A DNA stretch of 64,000 bases from Escherichia coli (GCF_003334815.1 NZ_QOWO01000011.1); one strand, 5' to 3'; counted from the first letter of the stretch, positions 7,985-22,999 are shown. The notes: generated by a model from the letters alone, not told the origin. Numbers and translations are program-made.

Positions 7985-8980
7985 ATGAAAAAGAAAAGAC
8001 CCGTACTTCAGGATGTGGCTGACCGTGTAGGCGTGACCAAAATGACGGTCAGCCGTTTTTTACGCAACCCGGAGCAGGTTTCCGTCGCTCTACGCGGCAA
8101 GATTGCCGCGGCTCTTGATGAACTGGGCTATATTCCCAATCGTGCGCCCGATATCCTCTCTAACGCCACCAGCCGGGCGATTGGCGTCCTGTTACCTTCT
8201 CTCACCAACCAGGTTTTCGCGGAAGTATTACGCGGAATCGAAAGCGTCACCGACGCGCACGGTTATCAGACCATGCTGGCGCACTACGGTTATAAACCGG
8301 AAATGGAGCAAGAACGCCTCGAATCCATGCTCTCCTGGAATATCGACGGCCTGATCCTCACCGAACGTACCCACACGCCGCGCACCTTAAAGATGATTGA
8401 AGTGGCGGGTATTCCCGTGGTGGAACTGATGGACAGCAAGTCGCCATGCCTTGATATCGCCGTCGGTTTTGATAACTTTGAAGCAGCACGCCAGATGACC
8501 ACTGCCATTATTGCTCGCGGGCATCGCCACATTGCCTATCTCGGCGCACGTCTCGACGAACGTACTATCATCAAACAGAAGGGATACGAACAGGCGATGC
8601 TGGATGCAGGCCTGGTGCCATATAGCGTGATGGTTGAGCAATCTTCTTCTTACTCTTCCGGTATTGAACTGATTCGCCAGGCGCGGCGGGAATATCCGCA
8701 GCTGGATGGCGTGTTCTGTACGAATGATGACCTGGCGGTCGGCGCGGCGTTTGAATGTCAGCGTCTGGGGTTAAAAGTTCCTGACGATATGGCGATTGCC
8801 GGTTTCCACGGTCATGACATTGGTCAGGTGATGGAGCCACGACTTGCGAGCGTGCTGACGCCGCGTGAGCGGATGGGCAGTATTGGCGCTGAACGCCTGC
8901 TGGCGCGTATTCGTGGCGAATCTGTGACACCGAAAATGTTAGATTTAGGTTTCACCTTGTCACCGGGCGGATCTATTTAA
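7985..8980 (+). CDS. gntR: Gluconate repressor, LacI/GalR family
   Basis: 331 aa; N-terminal HTH LQDVADRVGVTKMTVSRFL; periplasmic-binding-fold C-terminus; upstream of gntKU. Confidence 0.92.
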   Translation: MKKKRPVLQDVADRVGVTKMTVSRFLRNPEQVSVALRGKIAAALDELGYIPNRAPDILSNATSRAIGVLLPSLTNQVFAEVLRGIESVTDAHGYQTMLAHYGYKPEMEQERLESMLSWNIDGLILTERTHTPRTLKMIEVAGIPVVELMDSKSPCLDIAVGFDNFEAARQMTTAIIARGHRHIAYLGARLDERTIIKQKGYEQAMLDAGLVPYSVMVEQSSSYSSGIELIRQARREYPQLDGVFCTNDDLAVGAAFECQRLGLKVPDDMAIAGFHGHDIGQVMEPRLASVLTPRERMGSIGAERLLARIRGESVTPKMLDLGFTLSPGGSI

Positions 8981-9059
8981 GCCCACAAATTTGAAGTAGC
9001 TCACACTTATACACTTAAGGCATGGATGGATATTGCTTCTGATATTGTCCGGCTGGACA

Positions 9060-9088
9060 ATGTTACCGATAACAGTTACCCGTAACAT
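9060..9088 (+). promoter_or_regulatory. GntR operator(s) in the gntK promoter
   Basis: ATGTTACCGATAACAGTTACCCGTAACAT, overlapping palindromic ATGTTACCnnTAACAT-type sites just upstream of gntK. Confidence 0.65.
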
Positions 9089-9118
9089 TTTTAATTCTTG
9101 TATTGTGGGGGCACCACT

Positions 9119-9646
9119 TTGAGCACGACTAACCATGATCACCACATTTACGTCTTGATGGGCGTATCGGGCAGCGGCAAATCTGCGGTCGCCAGTGAAG
9201 TGGCGCATCAACTTCATGCCGCGTTTCTTGATGGCGATTTCCTCCATCCACGGCGCAATATCGAAAAAATGGCGTCTGGCGAACCACTGAATGACGACGA
9301 TCGCAAACCGTGGTTGCAGGCGCTGAACGACGCCGCGTTTGCTATGCAGCGCACTAATAAAGTGTCGCTGATCGTCTGTTCTGCATTGAAAAAACACTAT
9401 CGCGACTTGCTGCGTGAAGGTAATCCGAATCTCTCTTTCATCTATTTGAAAGGCGATTTTGATGTGATTGAAAGCCGCCTGAAAGCGCGCAAAGGCCATT
9501 TCTTTAAAACCCAAATGTTGGTGACGCAGTTTGAAACGCTGCAGGAGCCGGGTGCGGACGAAACCGATGTACTGGTGGTGGATATCGATCAACCGCTGGA
9601 AGGTGTTGTGGCAAGCACCATTGAGGTTATTAAAAAAGGCAAATAA
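9119..9646 (+). CDS. gntK: Gluconokinase (thermoresistant)
   Basis: ORF-track frame 9098..9646; likely TTG start at 9119 (STTNHDHHIYVLMG...); P-loop GVSGSGKS; 175 aa. Confidence 0.88.
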   Translation: MSTTNHDHHIYVLMGVSGSGKSAVASEVAHQLHAAFLDGDFLHPRRNIEKMASGEPLNDDDRKPWLQALNDAAFAMQRTNKVSLIVCSALKKHYRDLLREGNPNLSFIYLKGDFDVIESRLKARKGHFFKTQMLVTQFETLQEPGADETDVLVVDIDQPLEGVVASTIEVIKKGK

Positions 9647-9649
9647 GTA

Positions 9650-10990
9650 GTGACTACATTAACGCTTGTTTTAACAGCAGTAGGGTCTGTTTTACTGCTG
9701 CTGTTTTTAGTCATGAAGGCGCGTATGCACGCTTTCCTGGCTTTAATGGTGGTGTCCATGGGGGCTGGCCTTTTTTCTGGTATGCCGCTCGATAAAATCG
9801 CAGCGACGATGGAAAAAGGGATGGGAGGCACCCTCGGCTTCCTGGCGGTGGTTGTCGCCCTGGGAGCTATGTTTGGCAAGATCTTACATGAAACCGGCGC
9901 AGTCGATCAGATTGCCGTCAAAATGCTCAAATCCTTCGGTCACAGCCGCGCGCATTATGCCATCGGCCTTGCGGGGCTGGTCTGTGCGCTACCGCTGTTC
10001 TTTGAAGTGGCGATAGTTCTGCTGATTAGCGTTGCTTTCTCAATGGCGCGCCACACCGGTACGAACCTGGTGAAGCTGGTAATCCCATTATTTGCAGGCG
10101 TGGCGGCAGCGGCGGCATTTCTGGTGCCTGGACCAGCGCCGATGCTGCTGGCATCGCAGATGAATGCCGACTTTGGCTGGATGATCCTGATTGGCCTGTG
10201 TGCGGCAATTCCGGGAATGATTATTGCCGGGCCGCTGTGGGGTAACTTCATCAGCCGTTACGTTGAGCTGCATATTCCTGACGACATCAGCGAACCGCAT
10301 CTCGGCGAAGGCAAAATGCCATCTTTCGGATTCAGCCTGTCGCTGATCCTGCTGCCGCTGGTGCTGGTAGGGCTGAAAACCATTGCCGCGCGTTTTGTGC
10401 CGGAAGGATCAACTGCTTACGAATGGTTTGAGTTTATCGGTCATCCGTTTACCGCGATTCTGGTTGCTTGTCTGGTGGCGATTTACGGTCTGGCAATGCG
10501 TCAGGGCATGCCAAAAGACAAAGTGATGGAGATTTGCGGTCACGCGCTGCAACCGGCGGGGATCATTCTGCTGGTGATTGGTGCGGGCGGCGTGTTCAAA
10601 CAGGTGCTGGTTGACTCTGGCGTAGGTCCGGCACTGGGCGAAGCGTTAACCGGCATGGGCCTGCCGATTGCTATCACCTGCTTCGTGCTGGCAGCTGCAG
10701 TGCGCATCATTCAGGGTTCTGCCACCGTAGCCTGTTTAACGGCGGTAGGACTGGTGATGCCGGTTATTGAACAACTGAACTACTCCGGTGCGCAAATGGC
10801 GGCGCTGTCGATTTGTATCGCTGGTGGTTCGATTGTTGTCAGCCACGTTAACGACGCCGGTTTCTGGTTGTTCGGTAAATTTACCGGCGCGACCGAAGCC
10901 GAAACGCTGAAAACCTGGACCATGATGGAAACCATCCTCGGCACTGTCGGTGCCATCGTTGGGATGATTGCGTTCCAGCTGTTGAGTTAA
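9650..10990 (+). CDS. gntU: Low-affinity gluconate permease (GntP family)
   Basis: 446-aa polytopic membrane protein, GntP-family sequence; 3 bp after the gntK stop. Confidence 0.9.
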   Translation: MTTLTLVLTAVGSVLLLLFLVMKARMHAFLALMVVSMGAGLFSGMPLDKIAATMEKGMGGTLGFLAVVVALGAMFGKILHETGAVDQIAVKMLKSFGHSRAHYAIGLAGLVCALPLFFEVAIVLLISVAFSMARHTGTNLVKLVIPLFAGVAAAAAFLVPGPAPMLLASQMNADFGWMILIGLCAAIPGMIIAGPLWGNFISRYVELHIPDDISEPHLGEGKMPSFGFSLSLILLPLVLVGLKTIAARFVPEGSTAYEWFEFIGHPFTAILVACLVAIYGLAMRQGMPKDKVMEICGHALQPAGIILLVIGAGGVFKQVLVDSGVGPALGEALTGMGLPIAITCFVLAAAVRIIQGSATVACLTAVGLVMPVIEQLNYSGAQMAALSICIAGGSIVVSHVNDAGFWLFGKFTGATEAETLKTWTMMETILGTVGAIVGMIAFQLLS

Positions 10991-10999
10991 GTTTGTTCG

Positions 11000-11032
11000 C
11001 CCGGTAGTTGTGACGCTACCGGGTTCTTTTCG
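11000..11032 (+). terminator. Rho-independent terminator after gntU
   Basis: CCCGGTAG-ttgtgacg-CTACCGGG followed by TTCTTTTCG. Confidence 0.6.
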
Positions 11033-11046
11033 AAAAACTCTCCTCG

Positions 11047-11640
11047 TTACCCCTTCATCCACATTCGAATGCCGTCGAGGAACATCTGGGTTGCCATCAT
11101 CACCAGAATCAATCCCATCAGGCGTTCAAGTGCGTTCACCCCTTTCTCGCCCAGCAGACGTAAAAATAGCGAAGACTGTAGCAGGATGACAAAGGTGCCG
11201 CCCCAGGCCAGCAGCAGAGCAATCACCAGATGCCCCATCTGATTCGGGTACTGATGAGACAACAACATCAGCGTGGCGAGAATAGTCGGCCCGGCGACTA
11301 ACGGAATTGCCAACGGCACGATAAATGGCTCTTCACCTGCCGGAAGCCCGCTGCTATTTCCTGAAGCGCTGGGGAAAATCATTTTAATGGCGATCAGAAA
11401 CAGAATGATGCCGCCAGAAATGGAGACGGTTTCTGCTCGTAGGCTAAGAAATGCCAGAATTTTCTCACCCGCAAACAGGAACACCAGCATCACCAGGAGA
11501 GCAATAAGCAACTCTCGCACCATGATTGCCCGCCGTCTTTTCGGTTCAGTATGTTTCAGTACGGACATGAAAATAGGTAGGTTTCCGAGCGGATCCATAA
11601 TCAGGATCAATAAAACTGCTGCAGAAATGATTTCATTCAT
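11047..11640 (-). CDS. yhgN: MarC-family (UPF0056) inner-membrane protein
   Basis: 197-aa hydrophobic protein; synteny between gntU and asd. Confidence 0.85.
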   Translation of the reverse strand: MNEIISAAVLLILIMDPLGNLPIFMSVLKHTEPKRRRAIMVRELLIALLVMLVFLFAGEKILAFLSLRAETVSISGGIILFLIAIKMIFPSASGNSSGLPAGEEPFIVPLAIPLVAGPTILATLMLLSHQYPNQMGHLVIALLLAWGGTFVILLQSSLFLRLLGEKGVNALERLMGLILVMMATQMFLDGIRMWMKG

Positions 11641-11832
11641 AACTCAAATTCCCTGATAATTGCCGCGGACTTTCTGCGTGCTAACAAAGCAGGATAAGTC
11701 GCATTACTGATGGCTTCGCTATCATTGATTAATTTCACTTGCGACTTTGGCTGCTTTTTGTATGGTGAAAGATGTGCCAAGAGGAGACCGGCACATTTAT
11801 ACAGCACACATCTTTGCAGGAAAAAAACGCTT

Positions 11833-12936
11833 ATGAAAAATGTTGGTTTTATCGGCTGGCGCGGTATGGTCGGCTCCGTTCTCATGCAACGCATGGTTGA
11901 AGAGCGCGACTTCGACGCCATTCGCCCTGTCTTCTTTTCTACTTCTCAGCTTGGCCAGGCTGCGCCGTCTTTTGGCGGAACCACTGGCACACTTCAGGAT
12001 GCCTTTGATCTGGAGGCGCTAAAGGCCCTCGATATCATTGTGACCTGTCAGGGCGGCGATTATACCAACGAAATCTATCCAAAGCTTCGTGAAAGCGGAT
12101 GGCAAGGTTACTGGATTGACGCAGCATCGTCTCTGCGCATGAAAGATGACGCCATCATCATTCTTGACCCCGTCAATCAGGACGTCATTACCGACGGATT
12201 AAATAATGGCATCAGGACTTTTGTTGGCGGTAACTGTACCGTAAGCCTGATGTTGATGTCGTTGGGTGGTTTATTCGCCAATGATCTTGTTGATTGGGTG
12301 TCCGTTGCAACCTACCAGGCCGCTTCCGGCGGTGGTGCGCGACATATGCGTGAGTTATTAACCCAGATGGGCCATCTGTATGGCCATGTGGCAGATGAAC
12401 TCGCGACCCCGTCCTCTGCTATTCTCGATATCGAACGCAAAGTCACAACCTTAACCCGTAGCGGTGAGCTGCCGGTGGATAACTTTGGCGTGCCGCTGGC
12501 GGGTAGCCTGATTCCGTGGATCGACAAACAGCTCGATAACGGTCAGAGCCGCGAAGAGTGGAAAGGGCAGGCGGAAACCAACAAGATCCTCAACACATCT
12601 TCCGTAATTCCGGTAGATGGTTTATGTGTGCGTGTCGGGGCATTGCGCTGCCACAGCCAGGCATTCACTATTAAATTGAAAAAAGATGTGTCTATTCCGA
12701 CCGTGGAAGAACTGCTGGCTGCGCACAATCCGTGGGCGAAAGTCGTTCCGAACGATCGGGAAATCACTATGCGTGAGCTAACCCCAGCTGCCGTTACCGG
12801 CACGCTGACCACGCCGGTAGGCCGCCTGCGTAAGCTGAATATGGGACCAGAGTTCCTGTCAGCCTTTACCGTGGGCGACCAGCTGCTGTGGGGGGCCGCG
12901 GAGCCGCTGCGTCGGATGCTTCGTCAACTGGCGTAA
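11833..12936 (+). CDS. asd: Aspartate-semialdehyde dehydrogenase
   Basis: ORF-track frame 11710..12936; start moved to ATG 11833 ([17 protein letters not shown]...); 367 aa. Confidence 0.93.
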
Positions 12937-13208
12937 TCTTTATTCATTAAATCTGGGGCGCGATGCCGCCCCTGTTAGTGCGTAATACAGGAGTAAGCGC
13001 AGATGTTTCATGATTTACCGGGAGTTAAATAGAGCATTGGCTATTCTTTAAGGGTGGCTGAATACATGAGTATTCACAGCCTTACCTGAAGTGAGGACGA
13101 CGCAGAGAGGATGCACAGAGTGCTGCGCCGTTCAGGTCAAAAAAATGTCACAACCAGAAGTCAAAAATCCAATTGGATGGGGTGACACAATAAAACAGGA
13201 AGACAAGC

Positions 13209-15395
13209 ATGTCCGATCGTATCGATAGAGACGTGATTAACGCGCTAATTGCAGGCCATTTTGCGGATCCTTTTTCCGTACTGGGAATGCATAAAACCAC
13301 CGCGGGACTGGAAGTCCGTGCCCTTTTACCCGACGCTACCGATGTGTGGGTGATTGAACCGAAAACCGGGCGCAAACTCGCAAAACTGGAGTGTCTCGAC
13401 TCACGGGGATTCTTTAGCGGCGTCATTCCGCGACGTAAGAATTTTTTCCGCTATCAGTTGGCTGTTGTCTGGCATGGTCAGCAAAACCTGATTGATGATC
13501 CTTACCGTTTTGGTCCGCTAATCCAGGAAATGGATGCCTGGCTATTATCTGAAGGTACTCACCTGCGCCCGTATGAAACCTTAGGCGCGCATGCAGATAC
13601 TATGGATGGCGTCACAGGTACGCGTTTCTCTGTCTGGGCTCCAAACGCCCGTCGGGTCTCGGTGGTTGGGCAATTCAACTACTGGGACGGTCGCCGTCAC
13701 CCGATGCGCCTGCGTAAAGAGAGCGGCATCTGGGAACTGTTTATCCCTGGGGCGCATAACGGTCAGCTCTATAAATACGAGATGATTGATGCCAATGGCA
13801 ACTTGCGTCTGAAGTCCGACCCTTATGCCTTTGAAGCGCAAATGCGCCCGGAAACCGCGTCTCTTATTTGCGGGCTGCCGGAAAAGGTTGTACAGACTGA
13901 AGAGCGCAAAAAAGCGAATCAGTTTGATGCGCCAATCTCTATTTATGAAGTTCACCTGGGTTCCTGGCGTCGCCACACCGACAACAATTTCTGGTTGAGC
14001 TACCGCGAGCTGGCCGATCAACTGGTGCCTTATGCTAAATGGATGGGCTTTACCCACCTCGAACTACTGCCCATTAACGAGCATCCCTTCGATGGCAGTT
14101 GGGGTTATCAGCCAACCGGCCTGTATGCGCCAACCCGCCGTTTTGGTACTCGCGACGACTTCCGTTATTTCATTGATGCCGCACACGCAGCTGGTCTGAA
14201 CGTGATTCTCGACTGGGTGCCAGGCCACTTCCCGACTGATGACTTTGCGCTTGCCGAATTTGATGGCACGAACTTGTATGAACACAGCGATCCGCGTGAA
14301 GGCTATCATCAGGACTGGAACACGCTGATCTACAACTATGGTCGCCGTGAAGTCAGTAACTTCCTCGTCGGTAACGCGCTTTACTGGATTGAACGTTTTG
14401 GTATTGATGCGCTGCGCGTCGATGCGGTGGCGTCAATGATTTATCGCGACTACAGCCGTAAAGAGGGGGAGTGGATCCCGAACGAATTTGGCGGGCGCGA
14501 GAATCTTGAAGCGATTGAATTCTTGCGTAATACCAACCGTATTCTTGGTGAGCAGGTTTCCGGTGCGGTGACAATGGCTGAGGAGTCTACCGATTTCCCT
14601 GGCGTTTCTCGTCCGCAGGATATGGGCGGTCTGGGCTTCTGGTACAAGTGGAACCTCGGCTGGATGCATGACACCCTGGACTACATGAAGCTCGACCCGG
14701 TTTATCGTCAGTATCATCACGATAAACTGACCTTCGGGATTCTCTACAACTACACTGAAAACTTCGTCCTGCCGTTGTCGCATGATGAAGTGGTCCACGG
14801 TAAAAAATCGATTCTCGACCGCATGCCGGGCGACGCATGGCAGAAATTCGCGAACCTGCGCGCCTACTATGGCTGGATGTGGGCATTCCCGGGCAAGAAA
14901 CTACTGTTCATGGGTAACGAATTTGCCCAGGGCCGCGAGTGGAACCATGACGCCAGCCTCGACTGGCATCTGTTGGAAGGCGGCGATAACTGGCACCACG
15001 GTGTCCAGCGTCTGGTGCGCGATCTGAACCTCACCTACCGCCACCATAAAGCAATGCATGAACTGGATTTTGACCCGTACGGCTTTGAATGGCTGGTGGT
15101 GGATGACAAAGAACGCTCGGTGCTGATCTTTGTGCGTCGCGATAAAGAGGGTAACGAAATCATCGTTGCCAGTAACTTTACGCCGGTACCGCGTCATGAT
15201 TATCGCTTCGGCATAAACCAGCCGGGCAAATGGCGTGAAATCCTCAATACCGATTCCATGCACTATCACGGCAGTAATGCAGGCAATGGCGGCACGGTAC
15301 ACAGCGATGAGATTGCCAGCCACGGTCGTCAGCATTCACTAAGCCTGACGCTACCACCGCTGGCCACTATCTGGCTGGTTCGGGAGGCAGAATGA
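13209..15395 (+). CDS. glgB: 1,4-alpha-glucan branching enzyme
   Basis: 728 aa; GH13 catalytic core; first gene of the glycogen cluster. Confidence 0.95.
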   Translation: MSDRIDRDVINALIAGHFADPFSVLGMHKTTAGLEVRALLPDATDVWVIEPKTGRKLAKLECLDSRGFFSGVIPRRKNFFRYQLAVVWHGQQNLIDDPYRFGPLIQEMDAWLLSEGTHLRPYETLGAHADTMDGVTGTRFSVWAPNARRVSVVGQFNYWDGRRHPMRLRKESGIWELFIPGAHNGQLYKYEMIDANGNLRLKSDPYAFEAQMRPETASLICGLPEKVVQTEERKKANQFDAPISIYEVHLGSWRRHTDNNFWLSYRELADQLVPYAKWMGFTHLELLPINEHPFDGSWGYQPTGLYAPTRRFGTRDDFRYFIDAAHAAGLNVILDWVPGHFPTDDFALAEFDGTNLYEHSDPREGYHQDWNTLIYNYGRREVSNFLVGNALYWIERFGIDALRVDAVASMIYRDYSRKEGEWIPNEFGGRENLEAIEFLRNTNRILGEQVSGAVTMAEESTDFPGVSRPQDMGGLGFWYKWNLGWMHDTLDYMKLDPVYRQYHHDKLTFGILYNYTENFVLPLSHDEVVHGKKSILDRMPGDAWQKFANLRAYYGWMWAFPGKKLLFMGNEFAQGREWNHDASLDWHLLEGGDNWHHGVQRLVRDLNLTYRHHKAMHELDFDPYGFEWLVVDDKERSVLIFVRRDKEGNEIIVASNFTPVPRHDYRFGINQPGKWREILNTDSMHYHGSNAGNGGTVHSDEIASHGRQHSLSLTLPPLATIWLVREAE

Positions 15396-17365
15396 CACAA
15401 CTCGCCATTGGCAAACCCGCTCCCCTCGGCGCGCATTACGACGGTCAGGGCGTCAACTTCACACTTTTCTCCGCTCATGCCGAGCGGGTAGAACTGTGTG
15501 TCTTTGACGCCAATGGCCAGGAACATCGCTATGACTTGCCAGGGCACAGTGGCGACATTTGGCACGGTTATCTGCCGGATGCGCGCCCGGGTTTGCGTTA
15601 TGGTTATCGCGTTCATGGCCCCTGGCAACCCGCCGAGGGGCATCGCTTTAACCCGGCGAAGTTGTTGATTGATCCTTGCGCGCGGCAAATTGACGGGGAG
15701 TTTAAAGATAACCCGCTGCTGCACGCCGGTCATAATGAACCTGACTATCGCGACAACGCCGCCATTGCGCCGAAATGCGTAGTGGTGGTTGATCACTATG
15801 ACTGGGAAGATGATGCCCCGCCGCGCACGCCGTGGGGCAGCACCATCATTTATGAAGCCCATGTCAAAGGATTAACGTACTTGCACCCGGAGATCCCGGT
15901 CGAGATCCGTGGCACTTATAAAGCCCTCGGGCATCCGGTGATGATCAACTATTTGAAACAATTGGGCATTACCGCGCTGGAACTGCTGCCAGTGGCGCAG
16001 TTTGCCAGTGAACCACGTCTGCAACGCATGGGGCTAAGTAACTACTGGGGTTACAACCCGGTGGCGATGTTTGCGCTGCATCCGGCGTATGCCTGCTCGC
16101 CAGAAACGGCGCTGGATGAGTTTCGCGATGCAATCAAAGCACTGCATAAAGCGGGTATCGAAGTCATTCTTGATATCGTGCTCAACCATAGTGCGGAACT
16201 GGACCTCGACGGCCCGTTATTCTCGCTGCGTGGGATCGATAACCGTAGCTATTATTGGATAAGAGAAGACGGCGATTATCACAACTGGACCGGTTGCGGC
16301 AACACGCTCAATTTGAGTCATCCGGCGGTGGTGGATTATGCCAGCGCCTGCCTGCGTTATTGGGTAGAAACCTGCCACGTCGATGGTTTCCGCTTTGATC
16401 TGGCGGCAGTCATGGGCCGTACGCCAGAGTTCCGTCAGGATGCGCCGTTGTTTACCGCTATCCAGAACTGCCCGGTGCTCTCGCAGGTGAAGTTAATTGC
16501 TGAACCGTGGGATATCGCTCCTGGTGGTTATCAGGTGGGAAATTTCCCGCCGCTGTTTGCCGAGTGGAACGATCATTTCCGCGATGCTGCCCGTCGTTTC
16601 TGGCTACATTATGATTTGCCTCTGGGGGCGTTTGCCGGGCGTTTTGCTGCCTCCAGCGATGTTTTTAAACGTAATGGTCGTCTGCCGAGTGCCGCGATTA
16701 ATCTCGTCACCGCGCATGACGGTTTTACGCTTCGCGACTGCGTTTGCTTCAACCATAAACACAATGAAGCAAACGGAGAAGAAAATCGCGACGGGACCAA
16801 CAACAATTACAGTAACAATCATGGTAAAGAAGGGTTAGGCGGTTCTCTTGACCTGGTTGAACGGCGGCGCGACAGCATTCACGCCCTGTTAACAACGTTG
16901 TTGCTCTCCCAGGGTACGCCGATGTTACTGGCCGGTGACGAACATGGTCACAGCCAGCATGGCAATAACAATGCCTACTGTCAGGATAACCAATTAACCT
17001 GGTTGGACTGGTCGCAGGCAAGCAGTGGTTTAACCGCATTTACCGCCGCGTTAATCCATCTGCGCAAGCGCATTCCCGCTTTGGTGGAGAATCGCTGGTG
17101 GGAAGAAGGCGACGGCAATGTCCGTTGGCTAAATCGATATGCTCAACCTTTAAGCACGGATGAGTGGCAAAACGGGCCGAAACAGCTGCAAATTCTGCTC
17201 TCGGATCGCTTTTTGATCGCAATTAACGCCACGCTTGAGGTAACAGAGATTGTTTTACCTGCTGGGGAGTGGCACGCCATTCCCCCATTCGCTGGAGAGG
17301 ATAACCCAGTGATTACGGCTGTCTGGCAGGGACCTGCACACGGATTGTGTGTGTTCCAGAGATGA
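15392..17365 (+). CDS. glgX: Glycogen debranching enzyme
   Basis: 657 aa; GH13; start overlaps the glgB stop (ATGA at 15392-15395). Confidence 0.95.
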
Positions 17366-17382
17366 TAAAAAAGGAGTTAGTC

Positions 17383-18678
17383 ATGGTTAGTTTAGAGAAG
17401 AACGATCACTTAATGTTGGCGCGCCAGCTGCCATTGAAATCTGTTGCCCTGATACTGGCGGGAGGACGTGGTACCCGCCTGAAGGATTTAACCAATAAGC
17501 GAGCAAAACCGGCCGTACACTTCGGCGGTAAGTTCCGCATTATCGACTTTGCGCTGTCTAACTGCATCAACTCCGGGATCCGTCGTATGGGCGTGATCAC
17601 CCAGTACCAGTCCCACACTCTGGTGCAGCACATTCAGCGCGGCTGGTCATTCTTCAATGAAGAAATGAACGAGTTTGTCGATCTGCTGCCAGCACAGCAG
17701 AGAATGAAAGGGGAAAACTGGTATCGCGGCACCGCAGATGCGGTCACCCAAAACCTCGACATTATCCGCCGTTATAAAGCGGAATACGTGGTGATCCTGG
17801 CGGGCGACCATATCTACAAGCAAGACTACTCGCGTATGCTTATCGATCACGTCGAAAAAGGCGCACGTTGCACCGTTGCTTGTATGCCAGTACCGATTGA
17901 AGAAGCCTCCGCATTTGGCGTTATGGCGGTTGATGAGAACGATAAAATTATCGAATTCGTTGAAAAACCTGCTAACCCGCCGTCAATGCCGAACGATCCG
18001 AGCAAATCTCTGGCGAGTATGGGTATCTACGTCTTTGACGCCGACTATCTGTATGAACTGCTGGAAGAAGACGATCGCGATGAGAACTCCAGCCACGACT
18101 TTGGCAAAGATTTGATTCCCAAGATCACCGAAGCCGGTCTGGCCTATGCGCACCCGTTCCCGCTCTCTTGCGTACAATCCGACCCGGATGCCGAGCCGTA
18201 CTGGCGCGATGTGGGTACGCTGGAAGCTTACTGGAAAGCGAACCTCGATCTGGCCTCTGTGGTGCCGGAACTGGATATGTACGATCGCAATTGGCCAATT
18301 CGCACCTACAATGAATCATTACCGCCAGCGAAATTCGTGCAGGATCGCTCCGGTAGCCACGGGATGACCCTTAACTCACTGGTTTCCGGCGGTTGTGTGA
18401 TCTCCGGTTCGGTGGTGGTGCAGTCCGTTCTGTTCTCGCGCGTTCGCGTGAATTCATTCTGCAACATTGATTCCGCCGTATTGTTACCGGAAGTATGGGT
18501 AGGTCGCTCGTGCCGTCTGCGCCGCTGCGTCATCGATCGTGCTTGTGTTATTCCGGAAGGCATGGTGATTGGTGAAAACGCAGAGGAAGATGCACGTCGT
18601 TTCTATCGTTCAGAAGAAGGCATCGTGCTGGTAACGCGCGAAATGCTACGGAAGTTAGGGCATAAACAGGAGCGATAA
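17383..18678 (+). CDS. glgC: Glucose-1-phosphate adenylyltransferase
   Basis: ORF-track frame 17347..18678; start at ATG 17383 after AAGGAG SD ([16 protein letters not shown]...); motif LAGGRGTRL; 431 aa. Confidence 0.95.
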
Positions 18679-20111
18679 TGCAGGTTTTACATGTATGTTC
18701 AGAGATGTTCCCGCTGCTTAAAACCGGCGGTCTGGCTGATGTTATTGGGGCATTACCCGCAGCACAAATCGCAGACGGCGTTGACGCTCGCGTACTGTTG
18801 CCTGCATTTCCCGATATTCGCCGTGGCGTGACCGATGCGCAGGTAGTATCCCGTCGTGATACCTTCGCCGGACATATCACGCTGTTGTTCGGTCATTACA
18901 ACGGGGTTGGCATTTACCTGATTGACGCGCCGCATCTCTATGATCGTCCGGGAAGCCCGTATCACGATACCAACTTATTTGCCTATACCGACAACGTATT
19001 GCGTTTTGCGCTGCTGGGGTGGGTTGGGGCAGAAATGGCCAGCGGGCTTGACCCATTCTGGCGTCCTGATGTGGTGCATGCGCACGACTGGCATGCAGGC
19101 CTTGCGCCTGCGTATCTGGCGGCGCGCGGGCGTCCGGCGAAGTCGGTGTTTACTGTGCACAACCTGGCCTATCAAGGCATGTTTTATGCACATCACATGA
19201 ATGACATCCAATTGCCATGGTCATTCTTTAATATTCATGGGCTGGAATTCAACGGACAAATCTCTTTCCTGAAGGCCGGTCTGTACTATGCCGATCACAT
19301 TACGGCGGTCAGTCCAACCTACGCTCGCGAGATCACCGAACCGCAGTTTGCCTACGGTATGGAAGGTCTGTTGCAACAGCGTCACCGTGAAGGGCGTCTT
19401 TCCGGCGTACTGAACGGCGTGGACGAGAAAATCTGGAGTCCAGAGACGGACTTACTGTTGGCCTCGCGTTACACCCGCGATACGTTGGAAGATAAAGCGG
19501 AAAATAAGCGCCAGTTACAAATCGCAATGGGGCTTAAGGTTGACGATAAAGTGCCGCTTTTTGCAGTGGTGAGCCGTCTGACCAGCCAGAAAGGTCTCGA
19601 CCTGGTGCTGGAAGCCTTACCGGGTCTTCTGGAGCAGGGCGGGCAGCTGGCGCTACTCGGCGCGGGCGATCCGGTGCTGCAGGAAGGTTTCCTTGCGGCG
19701 GCAGCGGAATACCCCGGTCAGGTGGGCGTTCAGATTGGCTATCACGAAGCATTTTCGCATCGCATTATGGGCGGCGCGGACGTCATTCTGGTGCCCAGCC
19801 GTTTTGAACCGTGCGGCTTAACGCAACTTTATGGATTGAAGTACGGTACGCTGCCGTTAGTGCGGCGCACCGGTGGGCTTGCTGATACGGTTTCTGACTG
19901 TTCTCTTGAGAACCTTGCAGATGGCGTCGCCAGTGGGTTTGTCTTTGAAGATAGTAATGCCTGGTCGCTGTTACGGGCTATTCGACGTGCTTTTGTACTG
20001 TGGTCCCGTCCTTCACTGTGGCGGTTTGTGCAACGTCAGGCTATGGCAATGGATTTTAGCTGGCAGGTCGCGGCGAAGTCGTACCGTGAGCTTTACTATC
20101 GCTTGAAATAG
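18678..20111 (+). CDS. glgA: Glycogen synthase
   Basis: 477 aa; ADP-glucose binding KTGGL motif near the N-terminus; start overlaps the glgC stop (TAATG). Confidence 0.95.
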
Positions 20112-22577
<2,466 letters not shown>

Positions 22578-22594
22578 GTTCACCAATAAATAGA

Positions 22595-22620
22595 ACGGGG
22601 CCAAAGGGTCCCGTTTTTTT
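22595..22620 (+). terminator. Rho-independent terminator after glgP
   Basis: AACGGGGCC-aaa-GGGTCCCGTT followed by T7. Confidence 0.7.
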
Positions 22621-22693
22621 CCGCCATCATTTCGGAAAAGTGTCCAGAAGGGGCAAGGGGACTCGGGGAGTATAATTTCACCATTCAAAAAGA

Positions 22694-22999
22694 ATGGAAA
22701 GAATAATGCAAAACAGAAAATGGATTTTGACCTCGCTGGTAATGACTTTTTTCGGCATCCCCATACTGGCGCAATTTTTGGCGGTGGTTATTGCCATGCT
22801 GGGTGTCGGACTTGCCGGTATTATTGAAGTTTGTAATATCCTTATCACGCCAACAATTTACCTTCTGCTCAAAATTTTTATGCTGGCGCTGGGCGCATTA
22901 ATGCTATTTTTCTCGGGGCGAGTGGGGAACGTGCCTGAGTTTTGTTACGTTGGGTATGATGGCGTGGGCTTTGCGGTAATTCCCCGAATTAAAAAGTAG
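22694..22999 (+). CDS. Hypothetical small hydrophobic protein (about 101 aa)
   Basis: ORF between glgP and glpD with two predicted membrane helices; weak SD; real coding status uncertain. Confidence 0.3.
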   Translation: MERIMQNRKWILTSLVMTFFGIPILAQFLAVVIAMLGVGLAGIIEVCNILITPTIYLLLKIFMLALGALMLFFSGRVGNVPEFCYVGYDGVGFAVIPRIKK

